From a virus (Duplodnaviria > Heunggongvirae > Uroviricota > Caudoviricetes), in IMG/VR virus record IMGVR_UViG_3300025015_000009, positions 64,001 to 128,000 of that record: a DNA stretch of 64,000 nucleotides; one strand, written 5' to 3'. The translations under genes and the position numbers were made by a program. A model generated the notes under the pieces. That model was not told the DNA's origin and searched no databases. It saw only the letters and a program-made list of their open reading frames with translations. Every line of letters begins with the position of its first letter. Positions within the stretch are counted from its first letter, which is position 1. Below are positions 38,254 through 48,663 of the stretch, piece by piece.

Positions 38254-38810
38254 GCCTTTACTTTGTTAACAACTTCAAGCCAGTGTTTCTCAAACCGATG
38301 GCCGCCATCGGTTTTAATTACACACGACGCAACATACGGTATATGCTTGATAACAGCCAGGGGGTTTACCAAGTTATCATCTTTTGCTATGAACATATTA
38401 ATCAACGATCCGTTTGTGTTTTCACTGAGGTACTTTTCTCTCTTTTCGTACTCGGTTACATACGCGGGCAATAAAACAATCTGTTCACCTGTAGTGTAAT
38501 TCGGGATTGGGTTGTCTATGTATTTCTGAATCACAACACTGCCCAACACAACCGGATTAACAATGACACACCTAGCATCCCACTTTTGAGCAAAATAATT
38601 CGCCCAGAACCCTCCCAAACTTGTACCGACAAAGACTAACGGATACGATTTGTTAGTACGCACAATGTTATTAACAATTCGCTCTATTTCGTTTGGATCG
38701 GCAGGTAACGTCGGAGCAACAACGACATCATCTCCTAGTTCTTTTCTTAGTAATTGAGTCTTAGAACTCTCACCTGTACTGCCGTAACCGTGTAAATATA
38801 TTACTTTCAT
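38241..38810 (-). CDS. YqiA-like alpha/beta-hydrolase (esterase)
   Basis: YLHGYGS, GTSLGG, DD, GGHRF. Confidence 0.85.
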   Translation of the reverse strand: MKVIYLHGYGSTGESSKTQLLRKELGDDVVVAPTLPADPNEIERIVNNIVRTNKSYPLVFVGTSLGGFWANYFAQKWDARCVIVNPVVLGSVVIQKYIDNPIPNYTTGEQIVLLPAYVTEYEKREKYLSENTNGSLINMFIAKDDNLVNPLAVIKHIPYVASCVIKTDGGHRFEKHWLEVVNKVKACSL

Positions 38811-38850
38811 AGTATAATTATATAACAAAAATTGAAGGAAGTCAACCGAA

Positions 38851-39441
38851 TTACGTCGGTAAATGAATATTATCTGGGAATAAACGCAACCGAATTCCAG
38901 CTGCTTCTATTCGGTTTGCAGTTTCTGTGTCTAAGTATATGTTTCCATATATTACCTTCTCGTGCGGGGTCCCCTGAATTAAACGAGTATAATGGAAACC
39001 ATCTGAGCTATAATCTAATATCTCTTTGTCTATTAAAAATCGAGCAAACCTACTCGGAACAGGGTTACAACCAAGCCGTTGTAACATCTGCTCAGGTTTA
39101 CCACTCACTTCGGCCCAGGCGCGCTTTAATCGAACATCTTCCTGTCGCACCATTTTGTAGTCTGCGAGACCTTGTTTTGTTCCGTTAGTACCACTTGCAA
39201 TAGACTTTCGTCCGAGCTGATCTCGATGAATAAACACTGCGGTTACTTTTCCTTGCCTGGTAACCAACTTCCACAATCCAGACTTACTAATTAGCTCGTC
39301 TACAGACGCAGCCGATTTGAATCCGCCTGCATTTTTATAACTTTGTTGTAACACATCCCACACTACATCCGCATATTGCTGCTTTGTTGTGGCATCGGTT
39401 ATATTTAGTATTCGTTCTAATAGAAAGTCTGTTGATCGCAT
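38851..39441 (-). CDS. Conserved large-phage protein with MRSTDFLLE leader
   Basis: ORF track; TAAATA upstream. Confidence 0.7.
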   Translation of the reverse strand: MRSTDFLLERILNITDATTKQQYADVVWDVLQQSYKNAGGFKSAASVDELISKSGLWKLVTRQGKVTAVFIHRDQLGRKSIASGTNGTKQGLADYKMVRQEDVRLKRAWAEVSGKPEQMLQRLGCNPVPSRFARFLIDKEILDYSSDGFHYTRLIQGTPHEKVIYGNIYLDTETANRIEAAGIRLRLFPDNIHLPT

Positions 39442-39451
39442 TACGTATTTA

Positions 39452-40204
39452 TTAAACTATCAGGCAAGACGTACCACAGTGTTGACAGAACTTTGCGGTT
39501 GCTTTGTTTTGTTTCCCGCAAGTAACACATCTCGGTTTGTGTTTAACTGTAACAGTTTGTGTCACCGGATTGTTCTGTTCTGTCTCACCACATAAGTGCA
39601 ACACAATAGAATGATCGATACCGTCGGTTAACATTGCACCAACTGGTGCAAACTGTTGGTCACTCACCGAACCTGGTGCAGTAATACCTACATCAGCCGA
39701 TGCGTTACGTTGTGCTGAGCGAAGAACTGAGTTACAGCAAGTGACCGGGATATTTGCCGGGTATACCGTATTAGGTTGAGTCGGCTGTTGGTACGGGTAT
39801 GGTCCTGGATACGCATTTGTGTATACCCATTGGGCCGGCGGGGTCCGCCAATATTTCGGTTGTTCGAACTGCCATTCAACCCTAACTAACCCGTCTTCTG
39901 CACCTACGCCTCGATGTTGCTCTATTCGATCGGTTCGTTCTATAAACTTAAACCTATTACCTTTAGATAAGTTACTAACAAACCTCTCTAAATCAACACT
40001 CGAGTTTGCATCAATGGTTAAAGAATGCCCATCAAGGACATCGTTCCCATCAATGCTAACCATTACCCGTGCTCTTACCGAACTTTGATTTTTAAGAAAA
40101 AGACTATATTCACTGCCAAACGGCAAGAACACCTTATCTCCAAACTCTCTGAGTACTTTGTTGTTTGATTTTACTGCCACTACGAACTTATTGTGATATA
40201 CCAT
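39452..40204 (+). CDS. Conserved phage protein with C-terminal zinc ribbon
   Basis: PFGSEYS...GNRFKFIERT; CxxC...CxxC. Confidence 0.75.
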
Positions 40205-40306
40205 TTTAACTTCTCCTTGTACGGGCCTCTGTCTAGGACCCTGTTATTAAAGACAGATTCGGTTAACGCAAGTAATAGTGCCTTACGTTTGAGTTTGGTG
40301 TTAATG

Positions 40307-40696
40307 CTACAGAATATCTCCTACGCACGCCACTACATCTGTAGTAGCAGCGGTTGCAACAGCGCAAGCCCCATCTGTGTATGTCGGAACTATGTAATCA
40401 GTTCCATTGATAGAAATCGTTATTCCGGTAGCAACAGCAACGCCAGCAGGTGTAACACCAGCAGCAAGTTGAACAACAGTCGGATTAACTGGCGTAGATC
40501 CAGCAACAGCTCTTTGCGCTACTAATACAGAATGTGTTGATTTCAATGCACCGCTAACACCTTTCTTGGCAGCTATTCGTGCATCGTTACTAAGATCCAC
40601 AAACTTCGGTAATGCAGTTGCGGACAAAATTCCCAATATCACAATTACCATAACCAACTCGATTAAGGTAAAACCAGCCTGTTGTTTCGTTTTCAT
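40307..40696 (-). CDS. Type IV pilin (MshA/PilA-like)
   Basis: Class III signal KQQAG/FTLIELVMVIVILGILSATALPKF; C-terminal Cys pair. Confidence 0.9.
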   Translation of the reverse strand: MKTKQQAGFTLIELVMVIVILGILSATALPKFVDLSNDARIAAKKGVSGALKSTHSVLVAQRAVAGSTPVNPTVVQLAAGVTPAGVAVATGITISINGTDYIVPTYTDGACAVATAATTDVVACVGDIL

Positions 40697-40735
40697 TGTT
40701 GTTCTCCTTAGCACAAGACTGATGTTAGTGACCTT

Positions 40736-41146
40736 TTATTTGCACCAACCTGCTCTGCGGCCACCAGTGTACGAGCGAACATGACCTGCTGCAATCATCT
40801 CACTCGCAATGTCTTTTCCATTGACAATCACCGTAGCATTAACTCTGCCACCATACTTGTCCCATTTGAAGTTAGTCAGCGTTAGTGTCTTGGCATCGCC
40901 AATAAGAGTTTTCATAAACTCTTTCGCTTTCTTCGCTTGCTCTATCTCGCTTGCACACTTCCCTTTTATTTCCGGTGCATCAATTCCGTTGATCCGAACC
41001 GACGCATTGTTTAATGGAATCGGCAACTGAGGTAACGATATCATAATCGAGTCACCGTCATATACGTACCTCATTGGGACATCAAACGACTCTGCATTAA
41101 CCGGCAGTGATACAAACAATAACAGTGCAATCGCGAGTTTCTTCAT
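40736..41146 (-). CDS. Thermonuclease (SNase) family protein with signal peptide
   Basis: VYDGDS, VRINGIDAPE, DKYGGR. Confidence 0.88.
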   Translation of the reverse strand: MKKLAIALLLFVSLPVNAESFDVPMRYVYDGDSIMISLPQLPIPLNNASVRINGIDAPEIKGKCASEIEQAKKAKEFMKTLIGDAKTLTLTNFKWDKYGGRVNATVIVNGKDIASEMIAAGHVRSYTGGRRAGWCK

Positions 41147-41153
41147 AGTGTCC

Positions 41154-41747
41154 TTAGTTTAGTTGATCTCCGAACTTCCGTTCCATCAGAACCTTCATCC
41201 TAGAGTGTTCGGGTACAAAGTTTAGCAAGAACTTTGCTTGGTCGATAAGAATGTTTCTATTCTGCATAATCAGGTGCTCGTCCTTCGTTGGGGTGTACGG
41301 CACCCAGAGCAACTCTAAGTCAGTATCAGACAACAAATTATCATCTTTGTAATTATTGCACTTCTTGCACGCCGAAATACAATTCGTCCAAGTATCTTTT
41401 CCTCCGCGGGATACCGGAATAATGTGGTCCCGTGTCAATACTGTTGATTTTGACTCTAACCGACCACAGTAACCGCAGATGTGCAAGTCGCGTTTAAACA
41501 AGTTTTGGTTTGTCAACGCAGGAATACGAGGCTGAAACTTAAAGTTCCCTTTAAGTGCAATAATAGACTTAACCTCAATGGTCGATCGTTCTCCGGTCAT
41601 TCTTGACACTCCGCCGAAGTACAACGACTCATCACCGAATTCGTATGAAATTAGACCTTTAAACTTTGCCGTGATCGCATCCTGCCAATGCATCCATTGG
41701 TGTGGTGTTCCGCTCGAAGTTAACGCTAATACGTCTTGATGTGACAT
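41154..41747 (-). CDS. HNH endonuclease
   Basis: CGYCG...TRDHIIP...GG..TWTNCISACKKCN. Confidence 0.88.
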   Translation of the reverse strand: MSHQDVLALTSSGTPHQWMHWQDAITAKFKGLISYEFGDESLYFGGVSRMTGERSTIEVKSIIALKGNFKFQPRIPALTNQNLFKRDLHICGYCGRLESKSTVLTRDHIIPVSRGGKDTWTNCISACKKCNNYKDDNLLSDTDLELLWVPYTPTKDEHLIMQNRNILIDQAKFLLNFVPEHSRMKVLMERKFGDQLN

Positions 41748-41789
41748 GATTATTCCTAAGTTAATTATTTATCATCATAAGTACAAGTA

Positions 41790-42236
41790 ATGTGTATTAT
41801 ACTACAGTCATACGAAACAATCCTACCAATTTGGACAACCAAACTCTGGCCTAACCGCACCAGTAAAATTGAGGCAAACAGTGCTATGACTCTTAATCGA
41901 ACATACGACATGGCCAATATGGAAGCGCATCCTACTTTCTTTAGCTGGGTAGAAGATGGAGCGATAGTCGGTATAAACAGCGGCCATCGCTGTGGGGACA
42001 ACAGCTACCGATCAAGAGGCCTATGGGTTAATCCTGCATACAGACGAAAAGGGATCGGTGTCCAGCTATTACTTGCAACTATAGAACAAGCAAAGAGTGA
42101 ACACTGCGTTGTTGCTTGGAGTTACCCGAAGTTAGAAAGCTGGCGAACTTACGAGAAAGCTGGGTTCATCTTAGCAAGCGGATGGGAGGAAAGTGAACTA
42201 GGTCAAAACGCATATTGCACTCTATACATCGTCTAG
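41790..42236 (+). CDS. GNAT acetyltransferase
   Basis: LWVNPAYRRKGIG; YEKAGF. Confidence 0.8.
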   Translation: MCIILQSYETILPIWTTKLWPNRTSKIEANSAMTLNRTYDMANMEAHPTFFSWVEDGAIVGINSGHRCGDNSYRSRGLWVNPAYRRKGIGVQLLLATIEQAKSEHCVVAWSYPKLESWRTYEKAGFILASGWEESELGQNAYCTLYIV

Positions 42237-42428
42237 TAATCGATCAATCCCAATTTGGCAGTCATCACATATCCGGAGTCCGGTACCAGTGTTACAGTTC
42301 CGAGCTTTCCGAAGGGCTCTTCGTAGATCGTCATTCTTAGATCGGAGTTTCTTAATTTCACGTTGTCTGTCTTGCCATACAGCAAAACCAACATCATAGT
42401 ATCCACCGGCTGGCCGGTGTTCTTCCAT
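42222..42428 (-). CDS. Hypothetical protein
   Basis: ORF track. Confidence 0.5.
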   Translation of the reverse strand: MEEHRPAGGYYDVGFAVWQDRQREIKKLRSKNDDLRRALRKARNCNTGTGLRICDDCQIGIDRLLDDV

Positions 42429-42467
42429 CTATTTTGTGTACTCTTGTTTATCTAACATACTTCCTCC

Positions 42468-43022
42468 TCACTTGAAGCCAATGAGCATAAACCTGGTATA
42501 CGGATTAACGCTGTAATCAAACTGCTTAGACCCCTTAAAGATAACTGTTGTTAGCCGGAACAACTCTTCAAACTCAGTTAAGTCCTTAATTGAGAGCTCA
42601 CACCCGTCGTTCTCATAGTAGGTTCTCCCTTGAAGAACAACTAGGGTGCCAGCTGGGATTCTCTCGAACCACAGCAACTCAGACATATTCTCTGTTGACG
42701 TGTTAACAACAATATTGCCAACCTGTTTTGGTACTAATACCTCGTTGCAATCGCCGACGTTGCTTTCTAGTTTTCCAGAGCAGTTAAGACAATCCAAGAC
42801 CATCTTTGCTTCTTCTACAACTTGTGGTCTAATATCAATGTTTATCACATGCTTAAATGCAATTCGTTGTCTTGCATGAATCAACAAACCGGTGATACCC
42901 GACCATCCACCAAATAAGAAAATGTTGTCACACTGCGAAACATGCTTCTCGAGCTCAACGCACAACCAGATCTTAGATTCGACTAACCCGTGTGCAAATG
43001 AACGCAATACGTCAGACATCAT
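42468..43022 (-). CDS. Class I SAM-dependent methyltransferase-like protein
   Basis: LFGGWSG, NIDI, VVNTSTE. Confidence 0.65.
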   Translation of the reverse strand: MMSDVLRSFAHGLVESKIWLCVELEKHVSQCDNIFLFGGWSGITGLLIHARQRIAFKHVINIDIRPQVVEEAKMVLDCLNCSGKLESNVGDCNEVLVPKQVGNIVVNTSTENMSELLWFERIPAGTLVVLQGRTYYENDGCELSIKDLTEFEELFRLTTVIFKGSKQFDYSVNPYTRFMLIGFK

Positions 43023-43160
43023 AGCAACCAGTCAATTACGGTGGTGACTCCAATTACAATTGCAATAACTAGTAACCCGTGTGCAAATGAACGCAATACG
43101 TCAGACATCATAGCAACCAGTCAACTAAGTTGACTCCGATTACAATTGCAATCACTAGTA
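42984..43160. repeat. Tandem duplication, about 89-bp unit
   Basis: 52-bp identical block at 42984-43035 and 43073-43124 with diverged tails. Confidence 0.9.
43019..43111 (-). CDS. Chimeric 30-aa membrane peptide
   Basis: MMSDVLRSFAHGLLVIAIVIGVTTVIDWLL; ATGA-coupled on both sides. Confidence 0.5.
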   Translation of the reverse strand: MMSDVLRSFAHGLLVIAIVIGVTTVIDWLL

Positions 43161-43200
43161 CAACGTAATCAATAACCTCCCAGTCTGGATCAACTATCAT
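43108..43200 (-). CDS. 30-aa membrane peptide
   Basis: MIVDPDWEVIDYVVLVIAIVIGVNLVDWLL. Confidence 0.5.
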   Translation of the reverse strand: MIVDPDWEVIDYVVLVIAIVIGVNLVDWLL

Positions 43201-43430
43201 ACAGTCAGCCCGTGTTTCTGCATGTTCTCGATCATTTTTGTTATTACTTTCTCTCCGTCACACACCCGTTCGAGTATCTGTTGAGCCATCGCCTCATGAC
43301 CTTTACTACATAGATACGAGTAATATACTACCAACGCATCCCAACACTGCGGGCGATATACCGCCCCAGTCTTCGAGTCAACTAATGCTCTTTCTGTCAT
43401 GTTTACATGTATCATTCTATTCCACCGCAT
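43197..43430 (-). CDS. Hypothetical protein
   Basis: ORF track. Confidence 0.55.
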   Translation of the reverse strand: MRWNRMIHVNMTERALVDSKTGAVYRPQCWDALVVYYSYLCSKGHEAMAQQILERVCDGEKVITKMIENMQKHGLTV

Positions 43431-43639
43431 CTGACGGGTTTCCCGTCTTTATCAACTATGTCTATTCCAGACACCGAAAGCAATATACCATTACTACAAA
43501 AAGTAACAATCGACCCTGTAACTAATGCAACCTTAGGTTTATAGTAGAGCGAATTGTATACTGCAATCGTTAGTATAACAAAAATAACGCCCACCACCAA
43601 TACTGCTTCTAATACCTTCTTAGTTTCTTTTGAAAACAT
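43412..43639 (-). CDS. Small membrane protein
   Basis: N-terminal TM segment. Confidence 0.6.
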   Translation of the reverse strand: MFSKETKKVLEAVLVVGVIFVILTIAVYNSLYYKPKVALVTGSIVTFCSNGILLSVSGIDIVDKDGKPVRCGGIE

Positions 43640-43641
43640 AT

Positions 43642-43866
43642 TTATGCTCGCAACTTGGTTCGATCTATGTTATAAAATGTAACTGGATACACCTTGTTTC
43701 GTTCTGCTGAAATAACATCTTGTGTGTACTCGTGTATCACTGGGAGCATTAACTCAATAACCCCTTCAATACCAATATCAGTTGTTATAGTCTGTGCAGT
43801 TGCCCACAGTTCTGTTGCAAGGTCAGTCGGTGTCATTCCTTGCTTATTATTAAACGACTTATTCAT
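43642..43866 (-). CDS. Hypothetical protein
   Basis: ORF track. Confidence 0.55.
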   Translation of the reverse strand: MNKSFNNKQGMTPTDLATELWATAQTITTDIGIEGVIELMLPVIHEYTQDVISAERNKVYPVTFYNIDRTKLRA

Positions 43867-44090
43867 AATATGGTCCTCTTTAAATAATCATACATATAGT
43901 AGTAGTTGTGTTTTCATGTTCATTTCTCCATTTGTTCTTCTGAGATCGGCAGGCTGGTTAACTTTGCGTAGCCACCAATGCGACTGTACTCTATGCACAC
44001 CTGCTCAGTCATCGGCATCAGCACCTTCCCTGTCGGTTGCAGGCGTGGTCTAGTTTCGCTCTTCGCGCATAGCCAGGCGTTTTTTGAGCA

Positions 44091-44354
44091 TCATGTTTGG
44101 GCGTGTTCAGCTAGTAGATTGAATGCTTCATCGAGTATTTTCTTGATGTGCGGTTGCCTTCCTTTTTTTGATGGGTTGCGCGCCATCGCAGTTTGCTTGA
44201 TATTTTCAAGCTCCCACTCTGGAGTTACTTCAAGTGCAGCATATATTCGCCCCCACTCGGCCCCTGACCCTGCTGCAAGGTCATTTGGTGTCAGTACCTG
44301 CTTACTACTAACCGACGTATTCATATTATAGCCCTCTTTAAAATAATCATACAC
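44091..44354 (-). CDS. Hypothetical protein
   Basis: ORF track; start probably MNTSV. Confidence 0.5.
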   Translation of the reverse strand: MYDYFKEGYNMNTSVSSKQVLTPNDLAAGSGAEWGRIYAALEVTPEWELENIKQTAMARNPSKKGRQPHIKKILDEAFNLLAEHAQT

Positions 44355-44384
44355 ATAGCAGCGGCTGCCACTGCTATGTATGGA

Positions 44385-45620
44385 TTACTTCTTAATCGTA
44401 GTATCCAGGTTCAAATCACGGGCAGTCTTAACCATCAGCATATCCATAAGACCGGTTACGCTATTGGGTTGTCCGGTGGTTGCTCCGCCACCGATAACTG
44501 TAGTTGGAACCAACGGACCGACATGTTTGGCCAGTGCGTCGGCGTACATTCCGTTGATCGCTTTCCACGTAGCAAGTTTCTGCTCAAGCGCGCCGTTTGC
44601 TTGCATTTCCAGACGCTGTTTAGTAGAATTACCTTCACCAATCAAGATCTGTTGACGCTTGTATTGTTCAGCCTCTTTTGCAGCCAAAGTTGCAACTTCA
44701 TACTTCTGCTGGGCCAGGGTAACTTCTTTTGCTTTAATAGTTTCCTGATCCCATTTTGCTTTCGCCGCTGCGGCTTTACCTTCTGCTTCTACTGTTTTCG
44801 CTTGCTGCTCTGCTTTCAACGACGTTGCCATTGCAAGCTGCACTTCGGTTGTAGACGCTTGTCGATCAGCAATTTGCTTTTCAACCACGCGATCATACTT
44901 AAGCTCGTTAATTGAGATCGGCAACAGTTTAATCTTAAAGTCTGACAGAACAGACCCTTGCTGTCGCATCGGCAAACCGTTCTTTCGAGTAATCTCAGTG
45001 ATAGTAACTGTTTGTTCTTTACCACTTGGATCTTTGGTTACAACCTGGTTAGCTTCGGTAACATAGATACCGTTCTCTGCTTGATCGTTAATATATTGAA
45101 CAAGCTCGCCGCGTCGCGCACCAGATGATTCGGTAGATGACATCAGCGGACCTGAAAAATATACAGCCGAGTCGATCATCTTGCCGACTGCCATCGATTC
45201 GACTGCCGCCGTGCTGCTGAACTTTTTGTGGATCTCGATCACACTCACGGTATCCAATGGCATTTCCCAGTTTACTGCCCCGTTTAGCAGTGCATGTCCG
45301 CCTTCACTAAATCGAACTTTCTTTGCTGAAGATGTTGCACCTGAACACGGCGCTTCTGCGTTATTAACCAGTTCAGTACAGAATGAATACTGAGACTGGC
45401 GCGGGTATGTTGTTACTTTACCGAAGCCCTGCCATTTCGGGCCTGGATCGGTATGCACGGTTAGTTCACCCATAACCGATTGAACCACCAGGATATCTTT
45501 TGCATCTAGATTTTCAACTAGATTCGGGATTGCTACAACCAATGTTGCTGCGATCACAGCGGCGATACCGACCTTAGACAGTGACCGAACCAAACCTTCT
45601 TTATCAATGCTCTTATCCAT
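44385..45620 (-). CDS. SPFH/band-7 domain membrane protein
   Basis: N-terminal TM, SPFH core, Ala/Glu/Lys coiled coil; start MDKSI. Confidence 0.75.
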   Translation of the reverse strand: MDKSIDKEGLVRSLSKVGIAAVIAATLVVAIPNLVENLDAKDILVVQSVMGELTVHTDPGPKWQGFGKVTTYPRQSQYSFCTELVNNAEAPCSGATSSAKKVRFSEGGHALLNGAVNWEMPLDTVSVIEIHKKFSSTAAVESMAVGKMIDSAVYFSGPLMSSTESSGARRGELVQYINDQAENGIYVTEANQVVTKDPSGKEQTVTITEITRKNGLPMRQQGSVLSDFKIKLLPISINELKYDRVVEKQIADRQASTTEVQLAMATSLKAEQQAKTVEAEGKAAAAKAKWDQETIKAKEVTLAQQKYEVATLAAKEAEQYKRQQILIGEGNSTKQRLEMQANGALEQKLATWKAINGMYADALAKHVGPLVPTTVIGGGATTGQPNSVTGLMDMLMVKTARDLNLDTTIKK

Positions 45621-45828
45621 TACGTTGTTTCTCCTTTTTAGATTTAATTTTAGCTTCCAACGCAATTTCTGCGTCTCGTTGGTTCAACTCTTCTATTTCC
45701 TTTTCTAACTTTGCTTGCTTCCTAAACATCGGAAACACTGGCCTTCCCTTAATTGCTGGGTCTATTACTTGCGTTAGAACTACAAATAGCACACCAATAA
45801 TAAGTATTAGTTCAAGTACAATTAACAC
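45613..45828 (-). CDS. Small membrane protein with coiled coil
   Basis: N-terminal TM; typical partner upstream of phage SPFH genes. Confidence 0.65.
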   Translation of the reverse strand: MLIVLELILIIGVLFVVLTQVIDPAIKGRPVFPMFRKQAKLEKEIEELNQRDAEIALEAKIKSKKEKQRNG

Positions 45829-45864
45829 ACTTCCTCCTTTCGTTGATTTTAAGTAAAGTACGAG

Positions 45865-46362
45865 TTAAAAAATAGCACCTACGTTCGAATATGTAGTCAT
45901 ACACATATCGAATCCAACTTTGATTTTTCGGTTTGCGTTGTCGTCCAATGAAGTAAACGTGTACCTATTAGACAGTAATGCGTTTCTGAGAGTATCATAG
46001 AGCGTACCTACTCGAGAATACTGCATAACAATCCCTTCGTTTCGAAGTTGTCTTGCTGTTGCTTGACTCATACCGGTCGTCTTGTCGAAGTTGTCATTTA
46101 TCGAACAGAACGCTGGATACACAGTCAACGTACCTACACTGTAGTCGATAACACAAATAACTGTCAGGCCGCCAGCACTTGACGTCGCGTCCAGCATATC
46201 GTCATACCGGCGAAAATAGCGAGCCACAGTAACAATGTCAGGTTTTTGTTTAACTTGTGCGCCCTTAACATCGGTCTTGTTTTTGTTCTTCTTGTTCGTA
46301 ACACTGAAGAATAGATTTGTGAGATTTGCAGCGCCCCTTCCTTTCAGACTAAATGATTGCAA
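45865..46362 (-). CDS. Hypothetical protein (possibly 5'-frameshifted)
   Basis: ORF track; frame open to 46494. Confidence 0.5.
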   Translation of the reverse strand: MQSFSLKGRGAANLTNLFFSVTNKKNKNKTDVKGAQVKQKPDIVTVARYFRRYDDMLDATSSAGGLTVICVIDYSVGTLTVYPAFCSINDNFDKTTGMSQATARQLRNEGIVMQYSRVGTLYDTLRNALLSNRYTFTSLDDNANRKIKVGFDMCMTTYSNVGAIF

Positions 46363-46555
46363 AGCGGTACCATCTTTGTCGATCGAAAAATACGCACGGC
46401 GGCCAGTATCTTCATCTGCTACTGCTGAGCATAACAGACCTTCAAATTTAATACTTCGGTATCCGTCGGAATGTGTGTTTTTGCCAAACCACCATTAATA
46501 AAATTATTCACGTTAAACTGTTTCATTATTTACACCTCTAAAATTAAATTATTGA

Positions 46556-47086
46556 TTACTGTGCTGTGACACCAACACGAATAGTACTACCTGGCTTGTT
46601 CCTGGTTACCGTCTTGCCAACTTGGTTGTTATATTGATAAGTTACGTCCCAACCATCTGTTACGTCACGGTAAGAAGTAACAGGGTTACACCGTTGCACA
46701 GTTCGAGTCTGGTATTGTGGTCCGCTGTTATATGACTTGCTCCCGACGTTACCGCCGACAACTGTTCCAAGAATTGCACCCGCTGCGGTTGCCGCAGTTT
46801 GTCCATTTCCCCTTCCGACCTGATGCCCGATAATGCCGCCTGCGATTCCGCCCAGGATTTGACCACCGGTGATCCCACTCGACGATTCGCCCGACGATAC
46901 TTGCTCACGCACTTGTTCACTGTAGCACTCTTGTGTCGTCTCTTGAACCTGGTGGGTCCGCGGACTAGCGTGTACGACTTCTGCAACATCAGTAAAGTCT
47001 GATGCAGAAGCGGTTCCAATACTCATTAGTGTTGCCAGTACGATCGCAATTTTCTTCATGTTGTTTTTCTTCATGTTGTTCTCCAT
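46556..47086 (-). CDS. Glycine-zipper 2TM exported protein (YcfJ-like)
   Basis: Signal peptide; GQILGGIAGGIIGHQVGRGNGQTAATAAGAILG. Confidence 0.85.
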   Translation of the reverse strand: MENNMKKNNMKKIAIVLATLMSIGTASASDFTDVAEVVHASPRTHQVQETTQECYSEQVREQVSSGESSSGITGGQILGGIAGGIIGHQVGRGNGQTAATAAGAILGTVVGGNVGSKSYNSGPQYQTRTVQRCNPVTSYRDVTDGWDVTYQYNNQVGKTVTRNKPGSTIRVGVTAQ

Positions 47087-47166
47087 TGGTTGTTAAATAT
47101 TTGTCTGTTACTGCACTTCTACAAACACATTATAACACCTAAGATACTCAGTGTCAACCGAAATTA

Positions 47167-47685
47167 TTACTCAAACCACGTGTCGATAATGCGATATTCT
47201 TGAAAACGTGTCTTAATCTCTCCCAATTCAGCATCGGATATATTGGTTAACTTCCAGTCGTTGTCTGGCCGACCTTGCATTCGATAAACAACGGCGTGGT
47301 ATTGCACTGTCTTTGTTTGGTGCGAGTCTGGTTGAATCTCGAAGCTTACTCGAAAGCGATCAGTATAAATGATAGTTGGTTCTACGTTCATTACTGTTTC
47401 ACCGACCGAGTTCAGCACAGTGTACACCTTCGATACTGTGTTACTGTCTGCATCTAGTTCGGCGTCGAGCTCAACGGCATATCCAATAAATCGCCCGTTA
47501 CAATAACCGCCATCTTCGGGGTTATGAACCGAAGCACCCGATACAAGCTGCTCGGCAAACGATCCGTCACATTTAACTTTTTTCATATTGTCCTCTTTTG
47601 TAAAACACTCGTCGTAGATATGTTGCATTTGACGGAGAAGCCCGTCAGATTCGAATTCTAGAACTTCTACTTCACTTCTGCTGCT
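47167..47685 (-). CDS. Hypothetical protein
   Basis: ORF track. Confidence 0.55.
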   Translation of the reverse strand, partial: SSRSEVEVLEFESDGLLRQMQHIYDECFTKEDNMKKVKCDGSFAEQLVSGASVHNPEDGGYCNGRFIGYAVELDAELDADSNTVSKVYTVLNSVGETVMNVEPTIIYTDRFRVSFEIQPDSHQTKTVQYHAVVYRMQGRPDNDWKLTNISDAELGEIKTRFQEYRIIDTWFE

Positions 47686-47820
47686 CATATTACTGCCCTT
47701 TACCATTGATAAACATCGTGAGCGTCGATTTGATCTCGTCTAATATGTTCCCTGGAAAGAACACCACCCACATGAAAGCATAACACGTTGCTATTGCTCC
47801 ACCCAATACAAATATATTAC

Positions 47821-48663
47821 TCATTTTATCTCCAGTACAGTATGTTTCACAAAACCTTGTTGTTCTCTGTGTTCACTCTGGTAACCAACGCAATTATTAA
47901 TCAGCAAACATTCACCAAGTTGGTACTCGTTCGAGTAGTGCGTGTGACCGTAGAACCAATATCTAATGTTAGGGTTGTCCAGTATAAGATTGCTTAGATC
48001 GCTCGAATAGTACCCGTTTCCGCTACTATTCAAATACATCGGGTCCGTTAACGTTGTCAGCGGAATGTGATGTGTTATCACTACTACCGTTTTATCTTTA
48101 TTCTGCGCCGCTACGTGTTTAATATAGTCGCGATGCTTTATGTGTTCCCTGACCCAGCGTTCTGATGTGAAACGTGCCCATTGTCCGTTTGGACCTGTTT
48201 CGTATGCTATTTTCCCATCATAATTCATATGGGTAGGCATGTTATGCATTGTCAATGGTGACCCTTTGTCCATGTCAGTCCACAGTGTGGCTCCAATAAA
48301 TAGAACACCGTTTTCTTCAAACGTGCTCATATCTAAGACGTGAACGTTGAATATGCAATGTGCAACTAACATGTCGTTTAGTTTCTTGCCCCCGTTACGA
48401 ATTGTTATCGCACGTTTATTATCAGGCCAGTAATCATGGTTTCCGAGAACAACCAAAACAGTTTTAAACTTGCTGGCGACTGTTCCTAACCACGACGTGC
48501 TGTCCCACTCTACACACTTTGTTCCGACCCAAATATCACCAGCTAAAATCAGCGTAGTCTCTTTGTCGTCTGGCATCTCAGGTGGGTACCATGTCTTAGT
48601 AGACCCTTCGTACCAATCTAAATGCGTGTCGCTGTATAACCTAACCTTCATTTGTGTTCCCAT
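47821..48663 (-). CDS. Calcineurin-like metallophosphoesterase
   Basis: SDTH, AGD, GNHD, THH, GHTH. Confidence 0.9.
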   Translation of the reverse strand: MGTQMKVRLYSDTHLDWYEGSTKTWYPPEMPDDKETTLILAGDIWVGTKCVEWDSTSWLGTVASKFKTVLVVLGNHDYWPDNKRAITIRNGGKKLNDMLVAHCIFNVHVLDMSTFEENGVLFIGATLWTDMDKGSPLTMHNMPTHMNYDGKIAYETGPNGQWARFTSERWVREHIKHRDYIKHVAAQNKDKTVVVITHHIPLTTLTDPMYLNSSGNGYYSSDLSNLILDNPNIRYWFYGHTHYSNEYQLGECLLINNCVGYQSEHREQQGFVKHTVLEIK

